Shown here one piece after another: positions 29,853-41,201 of a DNA stretch of 64,000 nt. The DNA lies in contig CAWJBB010000007.1 in assembly GCA_963840855.1 (NCBI GenBank), positions 36,559-100,558 on the forward strand. The letters are read 5' to 3'. The notes under the pieces were generated by a model, which was not told where the DNA came from, did no database searches, and saw nothing but the letters and a program-made list of their open reading frames with translations. The stretch's first letter is position 1; the number at the start of each line of letters is the position of its first letter. The translations under genes were made by a program, and so were the position numbers. The stretch comes from an uncultured delta proteobacterium. Its GTDB lineage: Bacteria > Desulfobacterota > Binatia > UBA9968.

Positions 29853-30581
29853 TTAATGCGATAGGATTTTGCCAAGAAATTGTTTTGCCCTTTCGGATTC
29901 CGGAGCCGCGAAGAATTTTTCCGGCTCGCCGGTTTCTACAATCCGCCCTTCGTCCATGAACACGACGCGGTGCGCGACCCGCCGGGCGAAACCCATTTCA
30001 TGGGTGACGACGATCATCGTCATGCCGTCGCGGGCGAGATCGCTCATAACTTCCAGGACTTCGTTGATCATCTCCGGGTCCAACGCCGACGTGGGTTCGT
30101 CGAAGAGCATGATCTTGGGCTGCATGGCGAGCGCGCGCGCGATGGCCACGCGTTGCTGTTGCCCGCCGGAGAGATTCGCGGGATAGGCATCCGCTTTGTC
30201 GGGTATGCCGACGCGTTCTAAGAGTTTCATCGCGACCCCTTCCGCTTCCGCCGCGCTGAGCCCTTTGACCTTCACCGGTGCCAGAGTGATATTGCGCAAT
30301 ACGGTCATGTGCGGGTAGAGGTTGAACGACTGAAACACCATGCCGACGACGGCACGGAGCTTCACGGTGTCGCGGGCCGGGTCGTTGAGCGAAAGACCGT
30401 CCACGAATATATCTCCGGACTGGATCGGCTCCAGCCGGTTGATGCAGCGGATGAGCGTGCTCTTGCCGCTTCCGCTGGGTCCGCACACAACCACGACCTC
30501 TCCCGCCGCGATCTTCAAATCGATGTCCTTCAGCACATGAAGGGAGGCGAACCATTTGTTGACGTTGCGAAACTCGACCAT
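29853..30581 (-). CDS. Polar amino-acid ABC ATPase
   Basis: [33 protein letters not shown]; likely start [10 protein letters not shown] at 30581. Confidence 0.95.
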   Translation of the reverse strand: MVEFRNVNKWFASLHVLKDIDLKIAAGEVVVVCGPSGSGKSTLIRCINRLEPIQSGDIFVDGLSLNDPARDTVKLRAVVGMVFQSFNLYPHMTVLRNITLAPVKVKGLSAAEAEGVAMKLLERVGIPDKADAYPANLSGGQQQRVAIARALAMQPKIMLFDEPTSALDPEMINEVLEVMSDLARDGMTMIVVTHEMGFARRVAHRVVFMDEGRIVETGEPEKFFAAPESERAKQFLGKILSH

Positions 30582-30773
30582 CGGTGCGACTGTAAGTGAC
30601 TGATCAGGATTGAAAATAACGGGATTGCATACTATATCAACGACGCCATTTTGCAACCAAACAACTTCCGAGTAAAGGTTTTGCACTGTCGCTGCGCTCA
30701 TGCAACATAGACCATGAGGTCTTTTTGAGCAGCCTGATAGGGGCAAGCAATTGAAGAGCGGGAGAGTTGGGGT

Positions 30774-31232
30774 ATGGATTTTTATTTAGCGAGACATGGC
30801 GAGGCGGTTGCCGATCTGATCGATCCAAGCCGCCCGCTAAGCCGCGCCGGACGAGACGACGTCGAGCGGGTTGCCCGCTGGGCGGCGGAGAAAGCCGTTC
30901 AAGTCTCGGTGATCTACCATTCCGGTATTCTCAGGGCCGGCCAAACGGCGGAAATCTTCGCCGCGCATCTCGCGCCCAGCGGCGGAATAGCGACCCTGTC
31001 AGGACTGCGGCCTGAGGATGATCCTGCTCTGGCGGCGGCGCAGTTGGCGGTTTCGGGGAGCCCTGTCATGCTCGTGGGCCATTTGCCGCACATGAACCGG
31101 CTCGCCGCTCTATTGGTGCACGGCGATGCCGAGGGGGACTCAATCAAATTTATCCCCGCGATGATAGCCTGCTATGGCCGAGAAGGATCGCTATGGAAGC
31201 TCAACTGGACGCTTGCGCCGTATCTCCAGTGA
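30774..31232 (+). CDS. sixA: Phosphohistidine phosphatase SixA
   Basis: [30 protein letters not shown]. Confidence 0.9.
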   Translation: MDFYLARHGEAVADLIDPSRPLSRAGRDDVERVARWAAEKAVQVSVIYHSGILRAGQTAEIFAAHLAPSGGIATLSGLRPEDDPALAAAQLAVSGSPVMLVGHLPHMNRLAALLVHGDAEGDSIKFIPAMIACYGREGSLWKLNWTLAPYLQ

Positions 31233-31300
31233 AGCGCAGTTGACCGGCGCAGGGGGATGGTCTAAAAAGAGAAACAAGCAAATCGCGAAAGGCAACGGCA

Positions 31301-32587
31301 ATGGCTTCAGAGACTTTGACAGTCATCGACAATCGGACCGGCAAACAATACGAGATTCCCATCCACAACGGCGCCATCAAGGCGACGGACTTGTTTCAAA
31401 TCAAGGTCAATGAAGACGACGGCCTGGTGAGTTACGATCCGGGCTTCATGAACACGGCATCTTGCCAAAGCAAAATCACCTATATCGACGGCGACAAGGG
31501 AATACTTCGTTACCGTGGTTATCCCATAGAACAGATCGCCGAGAAGAGCACCTACCTTGAAACGGCATATCTTATCCTCAACGGAGAACTACCCACGGAG
31601 TCCCAATTAGCCGACTTCACGCATGACGTGACGTTTCACTCGATCATCCATGAGAACATCAAAAGGCTCATCGACGAATTCCGCCATGACGCCCATCCGA
31701 TGGGGATTCTGGTGAGCACCGTTGGGGCGCTGTCCACTTTTTACCCCGATGCAAAGAAAATTTTCGATAAGAAATCGCGCGCCGTGCAGACCTATCGCTT
31801 GATCAGTAAAATGCCGACGCTGGCGGCCTTCGCCTACCGCCACAGCCTGGGTTTCCCTTATTCCTACCCCGACAACGATTTGAGCTACACCGGTAATTTT
31901 CTCAACATGCTCTTCAAGATGACTGAGTTGAAATACAAGCCCCATCCGGTTCTGGAGCGGGCTCTGGATGTTCTTTTCATCTTGCATGCCGATCACGAGC
32001 AAAACTGCAGCGCCAACGCCATGCGTAGCGTCGGCAGCTCGCAAGTGGACCCGTACTCCGCCGTGGCGGCGGCCGCGGCGGCGCTTTATGGCCCGCTGCA
32101 TGGCGGCGCCAACGAAGCGGTGTTGCGCATGCTCATGGAAATCGGGTCGAAAGACAAAGTTCGCGAATTCATCAAGAAGGTCAAGGGTGGTGAGGGGAGG
32201 CTGATGGGGTTTGGTCACCGTGTTTACAAGAATTACGACCCGCGCGCCAGGATCATAAAACAGATCGCCGACCAGGTTTTCGAAGTCATGGGACGCAATC
32301 CCCTCCTGGATATCGCGCTGGAACTGGAGAGAATCGCCCTCGAAGACGAGTACTTCATTAGGCGCAAGCTCTACCCGAACGTCGATTTCTATTCGGGTCT
32401 GATCTATCAGTCGATGGGGTTGCCCATGGACATGTTCCCGGTGCTTTTCGCTATCCCGCGTACTTCCGGGTGGATTGCGCAGTGGGAAGAAATGCTCACC
32501 GATCCCGACCAGAAATTGGCCCGTCCGAAACAGGTCTATCTCGGCGCAGTAACGAGAGACTATGTGCCGATGGAAAAGCGAAAATAG
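31301..32587 (+). CDS. gltA: Citrate synthase
   Basis: DPGFMNTASC, ILHADHEQN, GPLHGGANE, MGFGHRVYKNYDPR, PNVDFYSG. Confidence 0.97.
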   Translation: MASETLTVIDNRTGKQYEIPIHNGAIKATDLFQIKVNEDDGLVSYDPGFMNTASCQSKITYIDGDKGILRYRGYPIEQIAEKSTYLETAYLILNGELPTESQLADFTHDVTFHSIIHENIKRLIDEFRHDAHPMGILVSTVGALSTFYPDAKKIFDKKSRAVQTYRLISKMPTLAAFAYRHSLGFPYSYPDNDLSYTGNFLNMLFKMTELKYKPHPVLERALDVLFILHADHEQNCSANAMRSVGSSQVDPYSAVAAAAAALYGPLHGGANEAVLRMLMEIGSKDKVREFIKKVKGGEGRLMGFGHRVYKNYDPRARIIKQIADQVFEVMGRNPLLDIALELERIALEDEYFIRRKLYPNVDFYSGLIYQSMGLPMDMFPVLFAIPRTSGWIAQWEEMLTDPDQKLARPKQVYLGAVTRDYVPMEKRK

Positions 32588-32594
32588 GCGGGTT

Positions 32595-34139
32595 CTACTT
32601 CAACTTGCCGCTCAAGCTCTGCAGTAATATCTTCAATTGCTGGCCGACGTACAGGCGCGCATTGGTTAAGCCATTGAGCCTCATTAAAGCGCTGGCTTCC
32701 TGCCCGTAGCGGCGCGCGATAGAAAAGAGGGTTTCACCTTTCTTGACCTCGTGGGTGATGGATTCGGTCGATTCCAGCGCTCTTTCACTCCCCGCGTCGT
32801 AGGCGTTCGCGAATAACAGACTCTTGCCTACAGGGAGCTTCACGATGAAGCTATCGTTTCCAGGCGGGGTTGCGTTACCCACCAGGGCGGGATTCAGTCC
32901 CCGAATGGTCGATACATCCGTTTCGGCCATTTCCGCAAGTGTGCCTATCCTTAAAGAGCGTCGAATCTCCACCCCTTCATACTCCAACGGCGATTCGTAC
33001 TGAAGATTGTCGAAACCATATTTCTCGGGGTTGGTGGCGACGATCGCCACGGCAACGAACTTGGGAACGAAATTCCGCGTCTCTTCGCTTAATTGAGCTT
33101 TTTGGCTGAGGGTCCAAAAGTCCTTCGCGCCCGATTGTTGGATCGCCCTATCGATGGCGCCTTGGCCGGCATTGTAAGCCGCGGTGGCCAGATACCAGCG
33201 GCCAAAATAGCCGTGCAATTCTTTTAAATATGCGGCTGCCGCGCGCGTCGATTTCTCGGGGTCCCTGCGCTCGTCGATCCACGAATCGATTCTGAGTCCA
33301 TAAAGGCGCGCCGTGCTCGGAATAAACTGCCAGAGTCCCGCGGCTCCCTGGGTAGAGGTCGAGTTGGTCAGAAACGCGCTTTCGATCAAGGCGAGATAAG
33401 CCAACTCCTCCGGCAGCCCTTCGTCGTTGAGCACCTTTGCGATCATCGGCATGTACTTGCCTGACCGCGCGAGAATTTTCTCGAAATAGGGCTTTCCACG
33501 TTTGGAGAAGTAATTGATGAAGTATCGAACCTTCGGATGGTTGCTGACTTCTTTTGAAAATTCCAGCCGGCGCCGTACGTTGGGTTTTTCAACCGCCTTG
33601 TCGATATCCTTCTCGAGCAAATCCAAGAGCCGATTGTCAGCGCGCGGCCCCGGCGTTTTTTGTAACGCCGCGGAATCGTCTGGGCTCAGGTCAGGAGCTG
33701 CCTTGGGGGTGTCGTCAATCTTGGCTGGTCTGGCAGGAGTCCGCTTAGTCGTATCGATGAAGGTCTTGGAGAAAGGCGGAGGCAGAGTCATTTCCTCAAT
33801 ATCCCTTTGTTCCGCCAGCGCCGCGGGCGGCGCATCAAATGCCTCAGGCTCGGATGGTTTAAGCGAGACGGGCGCGGGATTTTCGTTGGTTGCTGGCTTG
33901 GGCAGCTCGCGAGCGAATATTGCCTGATTGGCACGCAAGGGAACGGTCGCGGGGACACATCCGAAGGCTCCACAGAATACCAACAAAAGGAGAGAAATGA
34001 CCGTTTGCGCAGTCATACGGAAACCCAGTGGTTTGGCGGACTCTACTAGAGTGAGCATCATCATGCAACCTTTTTCTCGACAAATAACCCGCGCCGTCGG
34101 CGCGGCGATTACGCTTGATTGTGTTGCCCTCGTTTTCAT
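32595..34139 (-). CDS. MltD-like lytic transglycosylase with LysM domains
   Basis: LALIESAF, AAGLWQFIP.TA..YGL, AAYNAG, ETRNFVPK, HEVKKGETLFSIARRYG; start uncertain. Confidence 0.9.
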   Translation of the reverse strand: MKTRATQSSVIAAPTARVICREKGCMMMLTLVESAKPLGFRMTAQTVISLLLLVFCGAFGCVPATVPLRANQAIFARELPKPATNENPAPVSLKPSEPEAFDAPPAALAEQRDIEEMTLPPPFSKTFIDTTKRTPARPAKIDDTPKAAPDLSPDDSAALQKTPGPRADNRLLDLLEKDIDKAVEKPNVRRRLEFSKEVSNHPKVRYFINYFSKRGKPYFEKILARSGKYMPMIAKVLNDEGLPEELAYLALIESAFLTNSTSTQGAAGLWQFIPSTARLYGLRIDSWIDERRDPEKSTRAAAAYLKELHGYFGRWYLATAAYNAGQGAIDRAIQQSGAKDFWTLSQKAQLSEETRNFVPKFVAVAIVATNPEKYGFDNLQYESPLEYEGVEIRRSLRIGTLAEMAETDVSTIRGLNPALVGNATPPGNDSFIVKLPVGKSLLFANAYDAGSERALESTESITHEVKKGETLFSIARRYGQEASALMRLNGLTNARLYVGQQLKILLQSLSGKLK

Positions 34140-34567
34140 AGTGACTAACTACGCATGATACGGGCCAAGCGTAAAAATTCTGGCGCGATAAGGAAGTAGA
34201 TGGCATTCACTGGTATTTTGGCGAGCGCTGCAAAAATTTACCATGAGGTCCTCGTCAGCGGTCGTTGAACCATTGGCGCCAACATTGGGCAATTGAACAG
34301 GCGGCAGCGCACCTTGGCGAGGCCATCGGGTATTGCCACCCGCGTTTTGTGTTGCTGGTTTTGCGGATTCCTGACCACGAAGTGCGTCACGTCCGCCAGG
34401 AGGAGAAATTTAGCCACAGAGAACACAAAATTACAAAAAAGTGCCATTCGCTGTAGTTTCAGCCAGTTCAAGACACTTAATTGAGCATAGGGTAATTTAA
34501 GCGACTTGGTGCGCCGAGACGCCAATAGTGGTCAACTCACGACAAATCGCAAAGATTCTTAGACGCC

Positions 34568-34597
34568 TTGACAATTTGTCTTCAAACCCAATAGATT
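34568..34597 (+). promoter_or_regulatory. Sigma70-like promoter upstream of the paralog cluster
   Basis: TTGACA-18 nt-TAGATT, overlapped by the palindrome GACAA-T-TTGTC. Confidence 0.5.
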
Positions 34598-34639
34598 TCA
34601 GGCCGCGCGCCTTAAAAAATCGATAGCGAGGAGGTTTTC

Positions 34640-36337
34640 ATGTTAGCCAGAGTGTCTTTTTCTCTCGCGGCTTTACTTTTTGGCCTCGTCTCTGCGCTAT
34701 CAGGCGCGGAAAGTTCCAGATACACGCCGCCGCGTTTCCCCTCATACTTGAAACCGCCCAAGTCAATCGACGACGTCATGCCGTTCGCGCGCGCCGCCGT
34801 GCGCCAAACCGGCGGTCGCACGCCACTCGGCCTGGTTGAGAAAGGCATGGCGACGCTGATCGTTACGGAAGTAAGAGCCGACCCGATGGTTATGCAGGCG
34901 ATCAAGCGAGCTTACGAAGAGCGCGGCGTGAAGGTCTATCTCGCCTCCGAGCACGAGCTGCTGGGAGTTAACAAAGAAGAAGCCATCAAGGCGATCGGCG
35001 CAACCCAATGGTACACGTCGGAACAAGGCTACATGGAGATTCGCCATTGGTTGGACGATTTGTTCATCGAGCCCGAGGTGCCCAAGAAGTGGCTGAAGGA
35101 GCGCCGCCCGGATTTATTCAACGCCGTCTACGCGAAGGTTGAGGAGGTCCCGCAAAAGCAGCGCGAACTGGCGAAGCAGTTCGATTCGCCGAACGTTGCC
35201 GACCGCATCGTGAAGTATATCGACCAACATCCTGATATCAAAGCTGTCTTCTGGCGCCGCGGCGGCAGACCGCGCACGGCGCGCTTGCTGAAAGAACATA
35301 GCTCAAAATTCTTCGGCAACTTCATCTTCGATAACCGCTATGAGTTGATGAACAAGGCGTCAACGTTCCCAGGCGATGTGTGGAAGCTAGCCGAAGAACG
35401 TGTCATTGAGCCGCTGGCATGGGCCGATCGGGTCGAAGCCAACGATCCCGAAGGCACCAAGATGAGCTTCGAGGTCTCGGAAGAACAGGCGAAAATCTGG
35501 GGCTCGGCGGCCTACCTGCAAGGCCACTTGTTTTTATCGCCCTATCAGTCCACGGGCCGATTTCCTTACTCATCGGTGGACTATCCCGCACTACAGAAGA
35601 AATGGAACGCGCCGCTGCAAACCAAAGTGAACGGCGTCTTTGCCGGCACCAGCAATCACACGGGCTCGTTCCCGCGCATCGAAGTTCACGTCAAGGACGG
35701 CTACGTTACAGAGGTGAAGGGCGGCGGCACTTACGGCGAATTGTGGCGGGAGTTTCTCAAGTACCCAAAAATCAACGAGCTAAATTATCCCTATCAAGAC
35801 AAGCCGGGCTACTGGTGGTTCTACGAAGCAGGCTTGGGGACCAATCCGAAATTTTTCAAACGCCCCGACGAGAATATGCTCGGCAACAATACGTCGGAGC
35901 GCAACAATGCCGGCGTCATTCACTGGGGCTTCGGCGGCAGCGTGGTGCACGATCCGGAGAAAGCAGAAGAATCAAAAGCCTGGATCGATTTCCCAAAACA
36001 ACATGGACTGCCCAAGGATCACTGGTGGCATATTCACAACATGTTTTTGACATACAGAGTGCGGGTGCGCGGGACCAAAAACAGCTGGCTCACGTTGATC
36101 GATAAGGGCGAGGTGACTGCGTACCGAAGCCCGGAAGTTCGCGCCCTGGCATCGCGCTACGGCGACCTCAAGGAAGCGCTGAGCGAAGATTGGATCGCCC
36201 ATATTCCCGGCATCAACGCGCCGGGAAAATACGAAGACTACGCAAAAGACCCGTGGAAGACCTTTGCCCTTGTAATGAAGAAGGTCGAGGCGGGGACCTA
36301 TGAGTATTTTTATCCCAAGGCCGCGGTCAAAAAATAG
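34640..36337 (+). CDS. Secreted M29/NicX-like protein of unknown function, paralog 1
   Basis: Sec signal; DPEGT, KDGYVTEVKGG, YEAGLGTNPK, SERNNAGVIHWGFG, HWWHIH. Confidence 0.8.
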   Translation: MLARVSFSLAALLFGLVSALSGAESSRYTPPRFPSYLKPPKSIDDVMPFARAAVRQTGGRTPLGLVEKGMATLIVTEVRADPMVMQAIKRAYEERGVKVYLASEHELLGVNKEEAIKAIGATQWYTSEQGYMEIRHWLDDLFIEPEVPKKWLKERRPDLFNAVYAKVEEVPQKQRELAKQFDSPNVADRIVKYIDQHPDIKAVFWRRGGRPRTARLLKEHSSKFFGNFIFDNRYELMNKASTFPGDVWKLAEERVIEPLAWADRVEANDPEGTKMSFEVSEEQAKIWGSAAYLQGHLFLSPYQSTGRFPYSSVDYPALQKKWNAPLQTKVNGVFAGTSNHTGSFPRIEVHVKDGYVTEVKGGGTYGELWREFLKYPKINELNYPYQDKPGYWWFYEAGLGTNPKFFKRPDENMLGNNTSERNNAGVIHWGFGGSVVHDPEKAEESKAWIDFPKQHGLPKDHWWHIHNMFLTYRVRVRGTKNSWLTLIDKGEVTAYRSPEVRALASRYGDLKEALSEDWIAHIPGINAPGKYEDYAKDPWKTFALVMKKVEAGTYEYFYPKAAVKK

Positions 36338-36429
36338 ATCGTCGCGGGGTTCAAGAGGGTTCAAGAATTCAAGGTCAAATCTATGCTATTCCTTCCGTGG
36401 GAGCGAAGAAGGTTGAAAGGAAACTTGCC

Positions 36430-38127
36430 ATGAAAGGGTCGATGATTATTTTCGGATTGGTATCGCTGATGATTGCGGTGACTTCGCCGACGGCGCAAGA
36501 AAAAGGTAAATATCCCGCGCCGCGATTCCCGTCTTACATGAAGCCGCCGAAGTCTATTGAGGACGTCATGCCCTTTGCCCGGGCCGCGGTGCGCCAGACC
36601 GGTGGGCGAACTCCGCTTGGCTTGGTCGAAAAAGGACAGACCGTTGCGATCTTTGCCGAGCCGCTCGCCGAAGAAATGATCCTGCAGGCGATCAAGCGCG
36701 CCTATGAAGAGCGCGGCGTCAAAGTGCAGATCGTACCTGAGCACCAACTTCTGGGGGTGAGTAGAGAAGAAGCCGTCAAAGCGGTGAAAGCGAACCGCTG
36801 GTTCACATCGGAGCAGGGCTACATGGAAGCGCGCTCATGGATTTTGCAGCGTTTCGGTGACGCGGAGGTTCCCAAAAAGTGGCTCAAGGAGCGGCGCCCG
36901 GATCTCTACAAAGCGGTGTTCCAACGCGAGGAGGACAGCTCTCAGGATCTCATCGAGCTGGGGCGCAGGTTTGGCGGCAGAAGTGTCGCTGAGGCCATCA
37001 TCAAATATCTCGACCAGCATAAAGAAGTGAACGCGATTTTTTGGCGCCGCGGCGGGCGCACCGTAACGCGAAAGAGCATCGAACCCCACGGCAGCAAGTT
37101 CTTCGGTAACTTTATTTTCGACAACCGCTATGAGCTGATGAACAAAGCCGCCACTTTTCCCGGCGATATCTGGCGCTTGGCGGAAGAGCGCGTGATCGAA
37201 CCGCTATCATGGGTAGATAGGGTCGAAGTGAGCGATCCGGAAGGCACCCATTTTAGTTTTGAACTGGACGAAAAACAGGCCAAGGGCTGGGCCGAGGGAG
37301 CCTATCAGCAGGGCCATCTTTTCATGTTTCCGCACCAGGCCACGGGCCGCTTTCCGTACTCCTCCGTTGAGTATCCGGCGTTTACCAAGAAATATAATCC
37401 GCGCTACCTGGTCAAAGTGAACGGCATTTTCGCCGGCACGAGCAATCACACGGGCGCGTATCCGCGCATGGAAGTGCATGTGAAGGACGGCTACGTCAGA
37501 GAGGTCAAGGGCGGCGGAACCTACGGCGAGCTTTGGCGCGAGTTTCTAAAATATCCAAAGATCAATGAAGTGACGTATCCTTTTCACGACCAACCCGGCT
37601 ACTGGTGGATTTACGAAGCGGGTATGGGCACCAACCCGAAATTTTTCCGGCGGCCTGATGAGAACATGGAAGGGACGAATTCTTCTGAGCGCAACAACGC
37701 CGGGGTCATTCACTGGGGGTTTGGGCTTCGGCTTGACCATGGGCCGGACAAAGCGACGGAATCGAAAGAGTGGATGGACTTTGCCAAGCAGCACGGTCTT
37801 CCCAACGATCATTGGTGGCACATTCACAACACGCTGCCGACTTACAAGGTGCGCGTGCGCGGCACGAAAAACAGTTGGCTGACTTTGATTGACAAAGGCG
37901 AAGTGACCCCGCTCAAGAGCCCGGAGATTCGCGCGCTGGCGTCGCGCTACGGCAATCCCGACGAGGTGCTGAGCGATGACTGGGCCCCTTATATCCCAGG
38001 GATCAACGCGCCGGGAAAATTTCCGGACTATGCCAAGGACCCGTGGAAGACCTTCGCTGAAGTCATGCGCAAGATCGAGAACGGAACCTTTGAGTATTTT
38101 TATCCGGCGGTAAAAGCAAGAAAATAA
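36430..38127 (+). CDS. Secreted M29/NicX-like protein, paralog 2
   Basis: Same motifs as paralog 1; ATG 36430 followed by a signal peptide. Confidence 0.8.
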   Translation: MKGSMIIFGLVSLMIAVTSPTAQEKGKYPAPRFPSYMKPPKSIEDVMPFARAAVRQTGGRTPLGLVEKGQTVAIFAEPLAEEMILQAIKRAYEERGVKVQIVPEHQLLGVSREEAVKAVKANRWFTSEQGYMEARSWILQRFGDAEVPKKWLKERRPDLYKAVFQREEDSSQDLIELGRRFGGRSVAEAIIKYLDQHKEVNAIFWRRGGRTVTRKSIEPHGSKFFGNFIFDNRYELMNKAATFPGDIWRLAEERVIEPLSWVDRVEVSDPEGTHFSFELDEKQAKGWAEGAYQQGHLFMFPHQATGRFPYSSVEYPAFTKKYNPRYLVKVNGIFAGTSNHTGAYPRMEVHVKDGYVREVKGGGTYGELWREFLKYPKINEVTYPFHDQPGYWWIYEAGMGTNPKFFRRPDENMEGTNSSERNNAGVIHWGFGLRLDHGPDKATESKEWMDFAKQHGLPNDHWWHIHNTLPTYKVRVRGTKNSWLTLIDKGEVTPLKSPEIRALASRYGNPDEVLSDDWAPYIPGINAPGKFPDYAKDPWKTFAEVMRKIENGTFEYFYPAVKARK

Positions 38128-38139
38128 CTTGAAGGAGGG

Positions 38140-38210
38140 TGATCTTAGATTCGCCCATTGAGATTGCGTCCGCCAATCCAAAATCGCAGATCTAAAATCC
38201 AAAATTAAAA
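38140..38210. repeat. AATCCAAAAT-type 7-nt short repeat
   Basis: gatcttagattcg ... aatccaaaatcgcagatctaaaatccaaaat. Confidence 0.55.
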
Positions 38211-41162
38211 GTGTCCAGCCTGCTCGCACGACTCGCGCGAATTCTAGGCACGCGCGCCTTTGTCGCCTTCGGCGTCGTCACGCTGCTGGTCGCCGGTCTG
38301 TTGGCGGCCATTAACTTGGCTTCCCATCACGCTCTCAAACTCTACATCGAAGACCAGCTCTCGCGCTTGTCCTGGGACATCGCGCTCTATCAAACGACGG
38401 ACTTCTCGATATCCGCGGAAGTGTCGCCCGAGCTGCGGAAGATCAACGGCGTTCAACGTGTCGAGAGCTTGAGTTTTCTCCGTTCTAAGCCGCCGCCGGA
38501 GGCGATCCTGATGGTCGACGGCAAGCCGCTGGCCGCTCCCTGGGTGTCGATTCTTTCAGCAACGGATGCGAACCTTCTGCCGCCGGAGGCCCGTCCCGAA
38601 AAGGGCAACCCGGATGGCGCGTTTCTCGCGCTGGTCGGGCCGGAGCAGCATATGGGCAAGGCCTATTTGGCCCTCCAAGGCTCAAAGCGTTTTACCGTGC
38701 GGGTCTACTCCGAGCATAAGAAGACCAGCACTGGAGTATTCAATATGCCGTTGCGAGGCATCCTGCGGTTGGAACGCTCCGAGGTGAACCGCTATTTCAT
38801 GGACGAAATCGGTTCGATTTCGTTCGTACCTTATATCGGTGTGATTCTCGTGGTGCCGCATGACTTCGGACTGTTGCAGCGTTTCGATGCGTTGTCGCGC
38901 GGCGCGCTGGGCGATCATACGGACATTCACGTGACGGCTGGGGAATATCTGCCGGAGGTCGTTCATCTGGCGCGCATCGATCGTAAGGCGTTGATTTCCG
39001 GTTGGGACATTCAAGACTCGCTGGCGAATCTTGAGAAGCTGCACGCTGAAATAGAGCAGAAAACCAGATCCATGGGGCCGACGATCTTCGTCGATAACGC
39101 GATTCTCGTATTGCTCAAGCGCATGGCCGAGATCTCACGTCTGATCGGTTTGGCAACACTGCTGATCGCGATTCCACTGCTCGGCATCGCTTGGATGCTG
39201 GCTTCCAATCTGTCTTCACTGCTCATTCTCAACGAGCGGCGGAAACTCGGCCTCATGCGCTTGCGCGGCGTGCCGGGTAAATTGCTTGGTCAAAGTCTGC
39301 TGGTTTCCATCGGGCTCGGCGGACTTATCGGAGGCATCGTCGGTCTTACTCTAGGGACCGTCGTTCCACTCTATGTTTATGAAGGCGGAGTCCTTTCATG
39401 GGCAACGCTGTCGCGGGTGCAAGGGCCGCTGATGATGTTGCTATTCTTGGTTGTGGGTTTGATTTTGGTTCTGCTCATTAGCCGCCGATTGGTGCGCTAC
39501 GCGACGACAATCTCGCCCTTAGAAGCGTCGCGCCGCGTAGCGGTGTCGGAGTCCGGTCAAGCGCGGGTTCGGTTCGGAGTTTTGGAATGGGTCGCCTTAG
39601 CCCTCGGCGCTTACAAAATCGGTAGTTGGGTGCTGAATTTCAGCGTCTCGAACCTGTTCCCGGTCACCGAAGAAGACAGCGAAGGGTGGACATGGTTCGC
39701 TTATGGCGTTTCAATCTTCGATCGCTCCCTGGACTTCGTGGCATTGCCGCTGTTGGTCTATGGTCTTGTCGCTTTACTGGTTGCTCAACGTCATTTGATT
39801 GCCGGGCTCCTGAGTACTGTAACTTATTTTGTCGGTGGCAAACTGCGCACGCTTTCACTCAAACACATGGCGCTGAAGCCGCACCGTATCTCCGGCTTCT
39901 TGCTCATCGTCGCATTGATGGCGAGCGTGAGTTTGTATCCTAGCATCGCGTCGAAATCCTTCGAAGACAAGGCGCTGCGCGGCGCTACGGTTCAGGTGGG
40001 GAGCGAATTACACATCAGCATCAACCCGACGGATTTCGTGACGGCGGAACAGTTGGAGCAAGGGCTGGGCGCTCAGGCGCAAGCGATCCGCGCGGCGCTC
40101 AAGGAGAGGCTTGCCGCCGTCAAGCAACCGGAGATCGTTTCAATGGACTACATGTTCGAAGCTATCTTGCCGGGCTTCTTCTTCCCCGGTTACGGTCTCA
40201 GTGGCGTGCCGCTCTATTTGCTTGACGATCCCGAGCGCTATCTCAAGACGGCGATCTTCGAGGAGAGGTTAGGTGTCACTGGAACCTTCAGTCAGGTGGT
40301 AGCAACGACGAAAGAAAAAAAGATTCTGGCTTCGCCGCCGGTGGCGGCCTTCTGGAATCTTTCCGCGGACGAGCCGGTGCTCTTGGGCGCCGACTTGAAC
40401 AAGAAGCCGGTGCTTGTCCCCGCCGGAGGCATCGTCGGTTTTCTGCCGGGCATGCCGCCGCGTAGTATCTCAGACCGCCAAAGTTATGTGTCGGCGCGCA
40501 TCGATTATCTAAACCACCTTGCCAGCACCGACGCATACCTGGCGGGGGCGATGGACAATCCAATGATCGCGAATCTGAAAGTTCTTATCCCGCGCATCTT
40601 GTTGCTGGTAAGGACAAAGTCCGACGGCAATCCAGAAGAAATCGTTAAGAATTTGTCACAAACACTCAAAGCGCGTCCGCTGGAAGTGCGCGAGCTCAAG
40701 CGCGAGCTGAAAAAAGTCGGCGGCGATATGTTTATCTTCCTGGCGCTGGAAAACATGCGCATCTATTTAGTTGGCGGTGTACTGTTGGCGCTGATTGCGA
40801 TTCTCGCCATTGCGTTGACGAATTATCTTGAAGACCGAAGAACGCTGGGGCTTCTCCGTGTGCGCGGCGTGTCGCCGTTTCAGGTCTTCAGATTTTTCGC
40901 TTCGAGCCTGCTGGCGCCAGCGTTGCTCGGTTTGGTGGTAGGCTTGTTGGTCGCGCTGGCGGCCGGATTCGGGCTGACGAACTTGATCTGGAGCCTGCGC
41001 GAACTGAAGTCGGTGGTGCATTTGTTGACGACGCATCTGGTGTTTTCCGATTTGACATTCTGGATAAGCCTGGGAATGCTTGCGGTTGTAGTGACCATCG
41101 CGCTGCTTTTTAGCCTCTGGGTGTTCAGAAGGTCGGCGCGCGCCAGTATGACGGAGAGCTAA
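38211..41162 (+). CDS. Duplicated FtsX/MacB-type ABC permease (983 aa)
   Basis: Two permease repeats (ERRKLGLMRLRGV; DRRTLGLLRVRGV), each with a large extracytoplasmic domain. Confidence 0.88.
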   Translation: MSSLLARLARILGTRAFVAFGVVTLLVAGLLAAINLASHHALKLYIEDQLSRLSWDIALYQTTDFSISAEVSPELRKINGVQRVESLSFLRSKPPPEAILMVDGKPLAAPWVSILSATDANLLPPEARPEKGNPDGAFLALVGPEQHMGKAYLALQGSKRFTVRVYSEHKKTSTGVFNMPLRGILRLERSEVNRYFMDEIGSISFVPYIGVILVVPHDFGLLQRFDALSRGALGDHTDIHVTAGEYLPEVVHLARIDRKALISGWDIQDSLANLEKLHAEIEQKTRSMGPTIFVDNAILVLLKRMAEISRLIGLATLLIAIPLLGIAWMLASNLSSLLILNERRKLGLMRLRGVPGKLLGQSLLVSIGLGGLIGGIVGLTLGTVVPLYVYEGGVLSWATLSRVQGPLMMLLFLVVGLILVLLISRRLVRYATTISPLEASRRVAVSESGQARVRFGVLEWVALALGAYKIGSWVLNFSVSNLFPVTEEDSEGWTWFAYGVSIFDRSLDFVALPLLVYGLVALLVAQRHLIAGLLSTVTYFVGGKLRTLSLKHMALKPHRISGFLLIVALMASVSLYPSIASKSFEDKALRGATVQVGSELHISINPTDFVTAEQLEQGLGAQAQAIRAALKERLAAVKQPEIVSMDYMFEAILPGFFFPGYGLSGVPLYLLDDPERYLKTAIFEERLGVTGTFSQVVATTKEKKILASPPVAAFWNLSADEPVLLGADLNKKPVLVPAGGIVGFLPGMPPRSISDRQSYVSARIDYLNHLASTDAYLAGAMDNPMIANLKVLIPRILLLVRTKSDGNPEEIVKNLSQTLKARPLEVRELKRELKKVGGDMFIFLALENMRIYLVGGVLLALIAILAIALTNYLEDRRTLGLLRVRGVSPFQVFRFFASSLLAPALLGLVVGLLVALAAGFGLTNLIWSLRELKSVVHLLTTHLVFSDLTFWISLGMLAVVVTIALLFSLWVFRRSARASMTES

Positions 41163-41201
41163 ACAGTTCAATGTTCAAAGTTCAACGTTGTGGGAGATAA
41201 G

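Noticed and set aside
34140-34640. RiPP precursor peptide or tRNA/ncRNA near the M29/CgnB-like cluster
   Set aside because: No convincing RBS-led small ORF or cloverleaf found by eye; not excluded without computation
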